From the NCBI GenBank assembly GCA_963780855.1, contig CAWADF010000002.1, positions 207,100 to 271,099 of the forward strand: a stretch of 64,000 bases of DNA, in the 5' to 3' direction. This DNA comes from an uncultured Acidobacteriota bacterium (GTDB lineage: Bacteria; Acidobacteriota; Vicinamibacteria; Vicinamibacterales; SCN-69-37). Shown in pieces: positions 10,131 through 19,610 of the stretch. Position 1 is the first letter of the stretch; every line of letters starts with the position of its first letter. A program made the position numbers and the translations under genes. The notes under the pieces were generated by a model that ran no database searches, was not told the DNA's origin, and saw only the letters and a list, made by a program, of their open reading frames with translations.

Positions 10131-11453
10131 AACCGCCGCTGCGGCGTCCATGACGAGCGAGGAGATGGTCGCACTCGCGCGGCGGCACACGATGTTCGAG
10201 TGGTCCGCGCAGGACTCGGTGGACCCGATTCCCGTCGCGCGGGCCAGAGGCGTGTACTTCTGGACGCCCGACGGGCGCCGGTTCCTCGACTTCAACAGCC
10301 AGCTGATGTGCGTGAACATCGGCCACGGCGACCCGCGCGTCGTCCGCGCCATCCAGGCGCAGGCCGAGGTCCTCGCCTACGCGAATCCGTTCATGGCGAC
10401 CGAGCCGCGCGCGCGGCTTGGCGCAAAACTCGCCGAGATCACGCCCGGCGACATCGACGTCTTCTTCTTCACGAACGGCGGCGCGGAGGCGAACGAGCAC
10501 GCGATGAAGATTGCGCGCTGGGCCACCGGCCGGCAGAAGATTCTTGCGTTCTACCGTTCGTACCACGGCGCCACCGCCGGTGCGATTGCCGCGACCGGCG
10601 ATCCGCGGCGATGGACCGAGCCGCGGCTTCCGGGCATCGTCCACGTGCTCGATCCGTACCACGGCATCGAGCGCGGCTGGGACACGGTGGAGACCGCGCT
10701 CGCCTACCTCGACGAGGTCATCCAGCTCGAGGGACCCGCGACGATTGCCGCGTTCATCCTCGAGCCCGTCACCGGCACCAACGGCGTGCTCGTGCCGCCG
10801 GACGGCTATCTGCAGGGCGTCAGCGCGCTCTGTGATCGCCACGGCATCCTGATGATTGCCGACGAGGTGATGTCGGGCTTCGGCCGGACCGGCGAATGGT
10901 TTGCCGTCAATCACTGGGGCGTCGTGCCGGACTTGATCACGATGGCGAAGGGGCTGACGAGCGCGTACGTGCCGCTCGGCGCGGTCGGCATGCGGCGGTC
11001 GATCGCCGAGAAGTTTCGCGATCGGACATTCTCGAGCGGCCTGACCTACAACAGCCATCCGCTGGCGTGCGCGGCCGCGCTGGCGACGATTGGCGTCATG
11101 GAAGAGGATCGGCTCGTCGACCGCGCGCGCGAGATGGGTCGGTTGATGGCGTCGCTGCTTGCCGATCTCCAGGCGCGGCATCCCTGCGTCGGCGCCGTGC
11201 GATCGATCGGATTGTTCGGCATCGTCGAACTGGTGCGCGGTCGTACGACGCGCGAGCCGCTCGCGCCGTTCGGCGGCACGTCGCCGGAGATGGCGGCGCT
11301 CGGCCGGTTCTTCCGCACCAAGGGCTGTACACGTTCGTCCGCTGGCACTCGTTCTTCACCAACCCGCCGCTCTCGATCACCGAGGCGGAGCTGCGCGAAG
11401 GCTTCGCGATCATCGATCGCGGGCTGGCGGAGATCGATCGCGCGATCGCCTGA
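10117..11453 (+). CDS. Class-III (omega) aminotransferase, beta-alanine/pyruvate type, one frameshift near 11325
   Basis: ADEVMSGFGRTG and PLP-lysine context DLITMAKGLTS. The last about 40 aa (LYTFVRWHSFFTNPPLSITEAELREGF) lie in the frame of ORF 10896..11453. The start overlaps the end of mmsA. Confidence 0.8.
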
Positions 11454-11470
11454 AGGCGATCGCCACGCGG

Positions 11471-11929
11471 TCACACCGAATCGACCGCCGCCGGTTCGGC
11501 GGTGAGGATCTCGATCTCCAGGTGCGTCACGGCGGTCAGCGACCGCGTGATCAGGCACGTCTCCTCGGCGCGGGTGAGAATCCGCCGCGCCTGCTCCTCC
11601 GACGTGCCGGCCGGGATCCTCAGGCGGGCCCGAATCACGAGATCCGTGAATCGGGTGACGCGTTCGGGGCGCTCCAGCCGACCGGTGACGTCGCATGCGA
11701 GCGACTCCCACGCCATCCGGGACGCGCGCGCGATGCCGCGGAACGTCAGCAGGAAGCAGTCCGCGACGGCCGCCACGAACAGCGTCTCCGGCGACCACCG
11801 ACCGCCCGGGCCGTCGAATTCGGCCGGTGTATTGGTGGCGAGCGGCGGAAGCCCCGGACTCTGAAGCTCGATGTCGCCGTCGGAACTCGCGGCGGCGCTG
11901 ACGTTGTAGAGGTGCGGGAACGGGTGCAT
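11471..11929 (-). CDS. OsmC/Ohr-family peroxiredoxin-like protein
   Basis: 153 aa from MHPFPHLY. Carries the two conserved Cys contexts AVADCFLLTF and AEETCLITRS of the OsmC family. Confidence 0.8.
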   Translation of the reverse strand: MHPFPHLYNVSAAASSDGDIELQSPGLPPLATNTPAEFDGPGGRWSPETLFVAAVADCFLLTFRGIARASRMAWESLACDVTGRLERPERVTRFTDLVIRARLRIPAGTSEEQARRILTRAEETCLITRSLTAVTHLEIEILTAEPAAVDSV

Positions 11930-12047
11930 ATGGTGATGTTGCAGCAACAGCCGTGCCGGCCTGGCGCCGGGGCAGTTTCGGCTCGGCCGCACCGGGAACA
12001 GCCGACAATTCCACGCCCGTGCGGAAATTTCCCCAGCGGCCGGCCGC

Positions 12048-12078
12048 TTGACCCTGGAACGATTCCAGCCTGTAGTGT
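12048..12078 (+). promoter_or_regulatory. MerR-type promoter: TTGACC - 19-bp spacer containing dyad CTGGAAcgaTTCCAG - TAGTGT
   Basis: The over-long 19-bp spacer with a perfect 6+6 dyad is the architecture MerR-family activators remodel. It lies about 30 nt upstream of an operon that ends with a merR-family gene. Confidence 0.6.
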
Positions 12079-12106
12079 GGGGAGCGGGCTCGAGGAGGCC
12101 CCCCTC

Positions 12107-12608
12107 ATGCGACTCGCTTTGACATGCACGGCGTTGGCATTCGGTACTGACCGCTGCTCCGATGGCGGCTCGGCAGGATCCGCAGATGCAACACCGCGGC
12201 GACATGGTGATGGGCTTCGACCAGACGAAGACGACGCATCACTTTTCCCTGTATGAGGACGGCGGCGCGATCGAAGTGTCGGTGAAGGATCCGAAGGACA
12301 CGACGAATCGCGACGCCATCCGCGCGCATCTCCCGCACATCGCGCAGATGTTTGGCGAAGGCAATTTCGACGCGCCGATGGAAGTGCACGCGCAGCAGGT
12401 ACCCGGCACCGCGGAAATGACGAAGCTCAAGGACAAGCTGGCGTTCACGTACGTCGAGACCCCGCGCGGCGGACGCGTGGACGTCGTCACGCAGGACAAG
12501 GACGCGCTCGCGGCTGTTCATGCGTTCCTGACGTTTCAGATTCAGGATCACAAGACCGGCGACTCGACGCGCGTGACCAAGCGGCCGAAGGGGCCTGGCG
12601 ATGAGTGA
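12107..12608 (+). CDS. Exported His-rich hypothetical protein, first gene of the MerR operon; one frameshift near 12145
   Basis: GGAGG RBS, then MRLALTCTALAFG (signal peptide). After a 1-nt shift it continues as LTAAPMAARQDPQMQHRGDMVMGFDQTKTTHHFSLYEDGG...HAFLTFQIQDHKTGD (ORF 12162..12608). No family recognised. Confidence 0.5.
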
Positions 12609-13086
12609 CGGCACGATAGGACCGGCGGGACTCGCGGCCGAAACCGGCGTCAGCACGGATACGCTGCGCCACTACGAGCGCAAGGGGCTGCTCGCGCGCC
12701 CGCAGCGCACGCGCGCGGGTTACCGGCGGTATCCGGCGCACGCGGTGACGCGCGTGCGCCTCATCCAGCGCGCGCTGGTCGTCGGGTTCAGCCTGGACGA
12801 GCTGGGGCGCGTGCTTCGCGAGCGCGACCGCGGCGGGACGCCGTGCCGCGGCGTGCGCGCGCTGCTTGCGACGAGGATGAGCGATCTGGACGCGCAGCTC
12901 TACGCGCTCAAGACCTTGCGGCGCGAGCTGACGGCGCTCGCGCGCGACTGGGACGCGAAACTGGCCGCGACGCCCCCGGGCGTCGCGGCGCGGCTGCTCG
13001 ACGATCTCCCAGATCGCCGCGGGCTCGACCGGCCGGCCCGGCGAGAGCGCGTGCCGCGCCCTACTTCTTCTCCGCGACGCGCTTGA
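12601..13086 (+). CDS. MerR-family transcriptional regulator
   Basis: HTH GLAAETGVSTDTLRHYERKGLL, a coiled-coil dimerisation helix and a single Cys (GGTPCRG). The start overlaps the upstream stop (ATGA). Confidence 0.85.
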   Translation: MSDGTIGPAGLAAETGVSTDTLRHYERKGLLARPQRTRAGYRRYPAHAVTRVRLIQRALVVGFSLDELGRVLRERDRGGTPCRGVRALLATRMSDLDAQLYALKTLRRELTALARDWDAKLAATPPGVAARLLDDLPDRRGLDRPARRERVPRPTSSPRRA

Positions 13087-13597
13087 GGTTGTCGAGCTGG
13101 CTCGCGAGCACGCCGTCGACCGCCGGCGCGAGCTGCTCGAAGCCGCCCGGCTGGTAGCCGGTGACGGCGTAGGTCCACGTGAGATCGGTGCCGTCGCCGG
13201 CCGCCTTGAATTCCCAGGTCATCGCGCCGGTGGCGGCCATCGACTGCAGCGGGCCGAGGCCGCCCGCAAAGCGCAGCAGCTTCGCGGGATCGACGAACAC
13301 CACCTCCATGTGGCGGACGCCGCCGCCGTTGACGAGCTGCTCACACCAGCAGCCACCCGGCTTCGGGTCAATCGTCATGTTGCCGGCCACGCCCGAAAAG
13401 GTGTGATCCGATCCCCACCAGGTGCCGATGGCCAGCGCCGTCGCGAAGGCCTTCGCCGGCGGCACGGCCACGTGCCTGACGATTTTGATGGTGAAGCCGT
13501 TCGCCCCGACGTCCACGACTTCGGCGCGAAGCCGCGGCGCCGCACCGACCGTGATCGCGAGCGCGAGCCCCGCGACGCCCATTCGCACACCCGTCAT
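13061..13597 (-). CDS. SRPBCC (START/AHSA1-like) family protein with signal peptide
   Basis: Intact 178-aa ORF with an N-terminal signal (MGVAGLALAITVGAAP) and an AHSA1-like beta-grasp pattern (WWGSDHTFSG...GGCWCEQL). Confidence 0.6.
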   Translation of the reverse strand: MTGVRMGVAGLALAITVGAAPRLRAEVVDVGANGFTIKIVRHVAVPPAKAFATALAIGTWWGSDHTFSGVAGNMTIDPKPGGCWCEQLVNGGGVRHMEVVFVDPAKLLRFAGGLGPLQSMAATGAMTWEFKAAGDGTDLTWTYAVTGYQPGGFEQLAPAVDGVLASQLDNLKRVAEKK

Positions 13598-14283
13598 GTC
13601 GTCCTCCCGGCGGTCGTCGCCGCCAGCCCTAGAAACTCCGCGCTCGCCTGCCAGATCGTCTCGATCGAATGCGTCAGCTGATGCTCGTCGTCGAGCAGCC
13701 GCAGATCGACGGTCGATCGCGCGCGCGCCCAGCGTTGGACCATCGACGGATCGACGGACGCGTCGCGCACGCCCTGGAAAACGAGCGCCGGCAGCCCGAG
13801 GTTCACGGCGAACGCGTCATAGCGCGCCGCGTCCTCGTAGAGGGCGTACCCGACGTCGCGCTCGGCGTGGTGTGCGTAGTGGAACACCCGGAGTGTGCCG
13901 GCGCGCCGCCACTCGTCGATGCCGTGCTCGCCGAGCCGCCGCAGGCGGTTGCCGCCGAAATCGAGCGCGGGCGCCATCAACACGAGCCGATCGACGCGCG
14001 GGTGCGCGCTTCGCGCGTCGCTGACGGCTGCGTGAACCGCGACGAACGCGCCCAGGCTCGAGCCGACCAGCGCGACCGGCCCCGCCGGCGCCCCGGCAAT
14101 CGCCGCGGCTGTCTGGTCGAGCATGCGCGTCACCGTCAGCGTCTCGAACACCGGCTCGTTGAAATCGGGACACGAGTACGCGACGCCGCGTGCGTCGAGC
14201 TCCGCGGCAAAGCGATGCGCCTTCGACGAATCGGGAGACGAGGCGAAACCGTGCAAGTAGATGACTGACCGGACTGGGCGCAT
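13594..14283 (-). CDS. YqiA-like alpha/beta-hydrolase esterase
   Basis: VIYLHGFASSPDSSKA start and nucleophile elbow GSSLGA. Length (229 aa) is typical of the UPF0227/YqiA family. Confidence 0.65.
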   Translation of the reverse strand: MRPVRSVIYLHGFASSPDSSKAHRFAAELDARGVAYSCPDFNEPVFETLTVTRMLDQTAAAIAGAPAGPVALVGSSLGAFVAVHAAVSDARSAHPRVDRLVLMAPALDFGGNRLRRLGEHGIDEWRRAGTLRVFHYAHHAERDVGYALYEDAARYDAFAVNLGLPALVFQGVRDASVDPSMVQRWARARSTVDLRLLDDEHQLTHSIETIWQASAEFLGLAATTAGRTT

Positions 14284-14292
14284 GGGACGGCC

Positions 14293-15672
14293 CTATGGTA
14301 TCGGACCGTGCCGGCCTCTCAGGTCGAGCGCCCCGAAGAGCCGGGCCGCACAGACGAAATTCGAGAACACCGCATCGAACGGCCCGCACAGATTGCCGCC
14401 GCCGTCGATGAAGCCATCGAGCGGTGTGAGATACGGTCCGTTGGAGTCGCCCAGATCGTTGCCCTGGATCAGGTTGCGCTGGACACTCCCGGGCATCGTG
14501 ATCCGGATCGCCGGACTCTTGGTGCCCGTCGACGTGCCCGGCGCCGGATCGTGAAACAGGTTGCCGACGAATTGATTGTCACTGAACGCCGCCGGCACGA
14601 TCGGCCCGCACTTCGACCCGGTGTCGTAGAAGATGTAGACGAGCCTCGGCGCGGATGTCACGCTATTCCCCTGCGCGCTCGTGTTCGTCCACGCCGTGCA
14701 CCAGTACCAGGACACGCCCGCCACGCCGACGTTCGCGATCGTGTTGTTCGCCAGCCTCGCGCCGATGACCGAGCCCACGCCTTCGATGCCGGCGTCGTAG
14801 TAGTTGCTGATGGCATTGTCTTCGATCACGTCGCCGCTTTCGTTGGCGATGATAACGCCGTCATCCGTGCCCACGTCGGCACTGCCGCCGTTGTACCCGC
14901 CGGTCATCGTGTTGTGCAGCACCTTGTTGTTCGAGCCGCTGTCGAGGACCACCGTCGCGCCGAGTCCGGTGCCCGTCACGGCGAGCGTGTTCCCAGTGAA
15001 CACCACGCTGGTGCTCTGCACCGCCCACAGGATTCCCGTGAGTATCGTCGACCCGGAAACCGTGACATCAACGGCACTCGTCATCTTGATGTTCGCGGCC
15101 ACGGTGCAGCCTGTGATGGTGGCGTGGCTGACGTGGTCGAGCACGATCGCTCTCATCCAGTGGCCCAGACAATCGATCTGCACGTTCGCGATGTTCGACA
15201 ACGTGAAGCACGGCGATTTGTCGGGCATGTCGCGATCGACGACATACCGGCCCGGGCTCGTGATGTTCGTGCACGCGGTGAGGACGATCGTCGAGCTCCC
15301 GGACGGCTGGACGAGCACCGTGGTGGAGCCGCGGCCGTTGACGGACTCGGCGGTGGCGGTGATCGTCGACGTGCCGTCAGCGATCGCCGTGACGAGTCCG
15401 TTCGGCGAAACAGTCGCGACGGCTGGCGTGGCTGAGGTCCACGTCACGCCGGTCACCGTCGAACCGTCGAGTCCGCGGGCCGTCAGCTGACTGGTCATGC
15501 CGGCGCTGAGAATCGTCTGGCCGGCGATGTCGAGCGCGACCGCCGCTGGCGCGGGCGTCTGAGACGGTGCCGGCGACGGTGCCGCCGGCGCACCGCTTGA
15601 GCCGCACGAGGACGCCACGGCCGCAATCAGGCAGGTCAGACACGCCCGAATCGCGAGGTGGTAGGAGTGCAT
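14293..15672 (-). CDS. Lipoprotein with Big_2 Ig-like domain and right-handed parallel beta-helix domain
   Basis: Lipobox [10 protein letters not shown]. Big_2 segment [32 protein letters not shown]. Stacked beta-helix rungs ITGCTV / VTVSGSTI / VVFTGNTL / NKVLHNTM / DVIEDNAI / ARLANNTI. Confidence 0.7.
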   Translation of the reverse strand: MHSYHLAIRACLTCLIAAVASSCGSSGAPAAPSPAPSQTPAPAAVALDIAGQTILSAGMTSQLTARGLDGSTVTGVTWTSATPAVATVSPNGLVTAIADGTSTITATAESVNGRGSTTVLVQPSGSSTIVLTACTNITSPGRYVVDRDMPDKSPCFTLSNIANVQIDCLGHWMRAIVLDHVSHATITGCTVAANIKMTSAVDVTVSGSTILTGILWAVQSTSVVFTGNTLAVTGTGLGATVVLDSGSNNKVLHNTMTGGYNGGSADVGTDDGVIIANESGDVIEDNAISNYYDAGIEGVGSVIGARLANNTIANVGVAGVSWYWCTAWTNTSAQGNSVTSAPRLVYIFYDTGSKCGPIVPAAFSDNQFVGNLFHDPAPGTSTGTKSPAIRITMPGSVQRNLIQGNDLGDSNGPYLTPLDGFIDGGGNLCGPFDAVFSNFVCAARLFGALDLRGRHGPIP

Positions 15673-15731
15673 CTCAATGGTCCTGCGGTTCGACGCCAGG
15701 GGATGGTAGCCCAGGGCACGAGCACGCTGCT

Positions 15732-15740
15732 TGTTATACT
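15732..15740 (+). promoter_or_regulatory. Extended -10 promoter TGTTATACT; the radical-SAM ATG starts 6 nt later (leaderless mRNA candidate)
   Basis: TGnTATACT is followed by GACGTG and the ATG at 15747. There is no room for a Shine-Dalgarno sequence. Confidence 0.4.
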
Positions 15741-15746
15741 GACGTG

Positions 15747-16749
15747 ATGCGCCTGCTGCGCAAGGCCGGCCGGAATGCCCGCGTCGTGCGGAAGTTCGTC
15801 CACGGCCTCGTGGACACGGACCACCCGCTGCTCGTCCACATCGTCCCGATCCGGCGCTGCAACATCGACTGCGGCTACTGCAACGAGTACGACAAGGTCT
15901 CGCCAGCCGGTGCCGACGGAGGTGATGGAGCGCCGGATCGCGAAGCTCGCGGCGCTCGGCACTTCGGTCGTCGCGTTCAGCGGCGGCGAGCCGATGCTGC
16001 ACCCGGACCTCGACGGCATCGATTCGCGCGATCCGCCGGCACGGCATGATGGCGGGCCTGATCACCAACGGCTACTTCCTGTCGCCGAAGCGGATCGAGG
16101 CGCTGAACGACGCCGGGCTCGACTTCCTGCAGATCAGCATCGACAACATCGAGCCCGACGAGGTCTCGAAGAAGAGCCTGCGCGTGCTCGACAAGAAGCT
16201 GCAGTGGCTGGCCGAGCACGCCGAGTTCGACGTCAACATCAACTCCGTCCTCGGCGGCGGCATCAAGAACCCCGAGGACGCGCGCGTCATCAACCTGCGC
16301 GCGCGCGAGCTCGGCTTCTCGACCTCGATCGGCATCATCCACGACGGCGACGGCCTGCTCAAGCCGCTCGGCGGCCCGCGAGCGCAAGGTGTTCGACGAC
16401 GTCACGGCGGCGGTCAACGGTCCGCGGCAGGTTCTCAAGAACCTGTACACCGGGCATCCGCGGCTTCCAGGAGAACCTCGCCGACGGCAAGCCGAACGAA
16501 TGGTACTGCCGCGCCGGCGCGCGCTACCTCTACATCTGCGAGGACGGGCTCGTGCACTACTGCTCGCAGCAGCGCGGCACGCCCGGCATCCCGCTCGAGG
16601 ACTACACGGTCGACGACATCCGCCGCGAGTTCATGACGCCGAAGTCGTGCGCGCCCTACTGCACGATCGGCTGCGTCCATCGCGTCTCGACGATGGATTA
16701 CTGGCGAAAGCCGCAGGACGGAAGTTCGAAGTTGGAAGTTCGAAGTTAG
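15747..16749 (+). CDS. Radical SAM protein with Cys-rich C-terminal (SPASM/twitch-like) region, about 4-5 frameshifts
   Basis: [11 protein letters not shown] (CxxxCxxC), then [40 protein letters not shown], and [24 protein letters not shown]...[11 protein letters not shown]. The pieces are spread over ORFs 15567.., 15775.., 16046.. and 16389... Confidence 0.75.
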
Positions 16750-16836
16750 AAGGTCGAAGTTCGACGCGGAGCTTCGAGGGTCGGCCGCGCCCTCTGATTC
16801 TGAACTTCACACTTCATACTTCGAACTTCTAACTTG
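16720..16836. repeat. Imperfect palindrome of GAAGTTC words
   Basis: Left arm (GAAGTTC GAAGTTG GAAGTTC GAAGTTA GAAGGTC GAAGTTC), about 30-nt centre, right arm TGAACTTCACACTTCATACTTCGAACTTCTAACTT. The radical-SAM stop codon lies inside the left arm. Confidence 0.7.
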
Positions 16837-16863
16837 ATCCCGATCGTGCTAGAACCTTCCGTC

Positions 16864-18164
16864 ATGACCCCTCATGTTGCCCGGCTGTCCACGCTCAGTG
16901 TCGTCTGCGTCGGATTTCTCATGGCGTTGGCCACGCTTGGCGCCCACCAGGGGCGCGGGGCGGGCGCGGCGCCGGCCGGCCAGCAGGCGGCCGGACAGGG
17001 CCGAGGCCAGGGGCGCGGGCGCGGCGGCGCGCCGGTGACGATCCATGCCGCGCGCATCCTCGACGGCAGGGGCGGCGTCATCGACAACGGCGTCATCACG
17101 ATTCAGGGATCGAAGATCACGGCCGTCGGCCCGGCCACCGCGGGCGCGACGTACACGTACGACCTCGGCTCGGCGACCGTGCTGCCGGGCATGATCGACG
17201 TGCACGTCCACCTGAACTGGTACTTCGGGCCGAACGGCAAATACGGCGAGCCGAACGTCCCACCGGACTACGTCGGCCAGGCGATTCAGGCCAACGCGCG
17301 CGCCACGCTGATGGCCGGGTTCACGACCGTGCAGTCGGTCGGCTGGAACGGCGATCCGGCGCTGCGCGACGCGATTGCCGCCGGCATCATCACCGGCCCG
17401 CGGCTGCTGACGTCCGTCCTGCAGATCCAGGGCGGCAACTCGACGCCCGACCAGCTGCGCGAGCGCGTGCGGCAGGCCAAGGCGCAGGGCGCGGACCTGA
17501 TCAAGTTCTTCGCGTCGGGCAGCATCCGCGACGGCGGCAAGATGAACGTGACACAGGAACAGGTGGACGCCGTCTGCGGTGAGGCCAAGGCGCAGGGCCT
17601 CCGCTCGCTTGTCCACGCGCACGATCCGCAGTCGATCATCGCCTCGGTCAAGGCCGGCTGCTCGGAGATCGAGCACGGCCTGTTCGCCGACGATGCGGCG
17701 ATCAAGGCGATGAAGGACGCCGACGTGTATTTCGATCCCGAACATCGGGCTCGTGCTGCAGAACTACCTCGAGAACAAGGACAAGTTCATGGGCAGCGGC
17801 AACTTCAACGCCGAGGGCTTCGCGTCGATGGAAGGCGCGCTGCCCAACCTGGCGGTCGTCTTCAAGAAGGCGCTCGCCGCCGGCCTCAAGATGCCGATGG
17901 GCACTGACGCCGTCGCCGGCGCGCACGGCCAGAACGCGCGCGAGATCGTCGCGCGCGTCGCCGCCGGACAGAAGCCGATGGACGCGATCATCGGCGCGAC
18001 TTCGCTCTCGGCCGACATCGATGAACCTCGGCGACACGATCGGCACGATCGCGCCCGGCTTCGAGGCCGACATCGTCGCCATTCCGGGCAACCCGTTGAC
18101 GGACATCTCGGCGGTCCGGAACGTGAGCTTCGTCATGAAGGGTGGCCGAGTGTACAAGAAGTAG
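16864..18164 (+). CDS. Secreted metal-dependent amidohydrolase (imidazolonepropionase/prolidase-like), two frameshifts (about 17745 and 18010)
   Basis: Signal peptide. Metal motif GMIDVHVHLNW, LVHAHD, and C-terminal IAPGFEADIVAIPGNPLTDI...MKGGRVYKK in a third frame. Confidence 0.8.
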
Positions 18165-18245
18165 GTTCGACTCACTCGCCGCGCGACGGCGCTGCACGCA
18201 TCAGCAGGTTGCGGACACAAGCTGACAATTGACGATATCCGTAGC

Positions 18246-18305
18246 GGACTCTCGGAAGTCAACAGAACGCGGGTTCTCAGACGCTTGCACCCCATCGCGG
18301 GGCCT
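18246..18305. repeat. Copy A of the IS91 terminal hairpin module (direct repeat of 19408-19466)
   Basis: TCTCGGAAGTCAACAGAACGCGGGTTCTCAGACGCTTGCACCCCATCGCGGGG versus copy B TCTCTCAAGTCAACAGAACGCGGGTTCTCAGACGCTGACACCCGATCGCGGGG. Contains stem-loops AGAAC-GCGG-GTTCT and CCCC..GGGG. Confidence 0.6.
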
Positions 18306-18569
18306 GGTCCGAATCGAAGAACTGTTCGTAGGTGAGCGAAATGATCGACTGAAGGAGCACGATGCCGGCCGCGACCGCAAGACAGAGGCCGAGCCCGTTT
18401 CGCCACGCGATGCCGTCGGAGCCTCGCAAGAGCGGGGGGGGACGATGCCGATGGAGCCGCGCTCACGGTCGCCGCATTCTATGGCAGCCGGTAGCGGGAA
18501 GAGACAGCCGTATGAAGCGCGGCGCCCGAATAGCCCACGGCGCTGAAGAGAGCGGCAGCCTCGGTCGGC

Positions 18570-18872
18570 CTAGTCGACGACTCTGAAGATCTCGCGATGG
18601 CCCGACTCCACATGCGGCGTGAATTTCTGGTACGCCGCCTGCCAGCGACTCTCGCCGGAGATCTTCGGCATGGTCTGCTCGAACGCTGCGAGGTTCTCGA
18701 ACGTGAGCTCGCTGACGATGGTGTAGTTCGTGCCGGTCACGTCGGTGAGGACGCGGATGGGCACGGCGTTGACGGTCGTCTGTCTGGCGATGCCGACGAC
18801 TTCCTTGTAGGCCTCCATCGCGTCGCGAGCCTTGCCAAACTTCACCGTGAACACGTTGCGGACGATGATCAT
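18570..18872 (-). CDS. Small dimeric alpha/beta-barrel (NIPSNAP/ABM-like) protein
   Basis: AGGAG RBS 7 nt before MIIVRNVFTVKFGKARDAMEAYKEVV...HREIFRVVD. It is 100 aa; the fold assignment rests on pattern only. Confidence 0.45.
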   Translation of the reverse strand: MIIVRNVFTVKFGKARDAMEAYKEVVGIARQTTVNAVPIRVLTDVTGTNYTIVSELTFENLAAFEQTMPKISGESRWQAAYQKFTPHVESGHREIFRVVD

Positions 18873-18988
18873 GAGAGCTCCTGTGGGATGAAACGCTTTC
18901 CTGGTCGGGTGCCCGCCCAATCAAAGCACATCCCGTGCGCCTTGGCGAGTCAGCGACGACGCGGCAAGCCCGTCGCGCCGCCTGCGCG

Positions 18989-19378
18989 TCAACCCTGCCG
19001 CAGCTGATACGTCCCTCGCGCGTGCATGGTCGCGAATCCTTCGGCGACGAGCGCGCGGTTGCCGAGGCCGGCGTCCGGTCGGGTGAGGCCGGTCACGCGC
19101 GCCAGCTCGCCTGGGACGGTCAGACCCGCGCCCGTCAGGAAACAGCGGGCAATCTCGCGGAGCGCTGTCTCGCGGCTGATGCGCCGGCGCAAGCCGTCGG
19201 GAAAGCGGCCGACGCCGAGCGTCCAGATGTAGGTGAACGGCGTGTAGACCACGTCGCCCGGGATCACGATCATCGCGGCCTGCAGCTCGTCGAGTGCGCG
19301 CGTGAACGCCGCGCGATCCTTCACGCCGGACTCGGCGCGCAGATCGGCCGTGCCCATCTCCCATTCGTGCCGGAGCAC
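18989..19378 (-). pseudogene. 5'-truncated gene fragment for a winged-helix protein (family uncertain), cut at IS91 module copy B
   Basis: The ORF opens immediately after an in-frame TAA at the edge of copy B and has no plausible start or RBS. C-terminal wHTH-like [30 protein letters not shown]. Confidence 0.35.
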
Positions 19379-19407
19379 CTGGAGGATCGCCGATAGTCCG
19401 CATTAAG

Positions 19408-19466
19408 GGGGTCTCTCAAGTCAACAGAACGCGGGTTCTCAGACGCTGACACCCGATCGCGGGGGT
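19408..19466. repeat. Copy B of the IS91 terminal hairpin module (about 140 nt 3' of the transposase stop)
   Basis: See copy A. A CAAG tetranucleotide immediately precedes TCAACAGAAC. Confidence 0.6.
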
Positions 19467-19610
19467 ACATTAGAGACACGGCGTGGATCGGAGCGATGAT
19501 CCGCCCGCTTCGCCTCGGCGTCAACCCCAACCGACACGTTCTGAGCGCCCCCTGGGGCAGGCCTCCGTCCCTCTGCGACAGCGCGATGAATGCCGCCGTG
19601 CTGATGTGGC

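Noticed and set aside
18160-18250. GGTTCGACTC just after the amidohydrolase stop, as a tRNA 3' fragment or integration site for the IS91 region.
   Set aside because: It only partially resembles a T-loop. No acceptor stem, anticodon arm or full tRNA can be folded from the flanking sequence.
18306-18560. A minus-strand reading DGIAWRNGLGLCLAVAAGIVLLQSIISLTYEQFF, possibly the C-terminal remnant of a membrane protein next to IS91 module copy A.
   Set aside because: It has no start codon and no recognisable family, contains a G8 homopolymer, and is too short to support as a feature.
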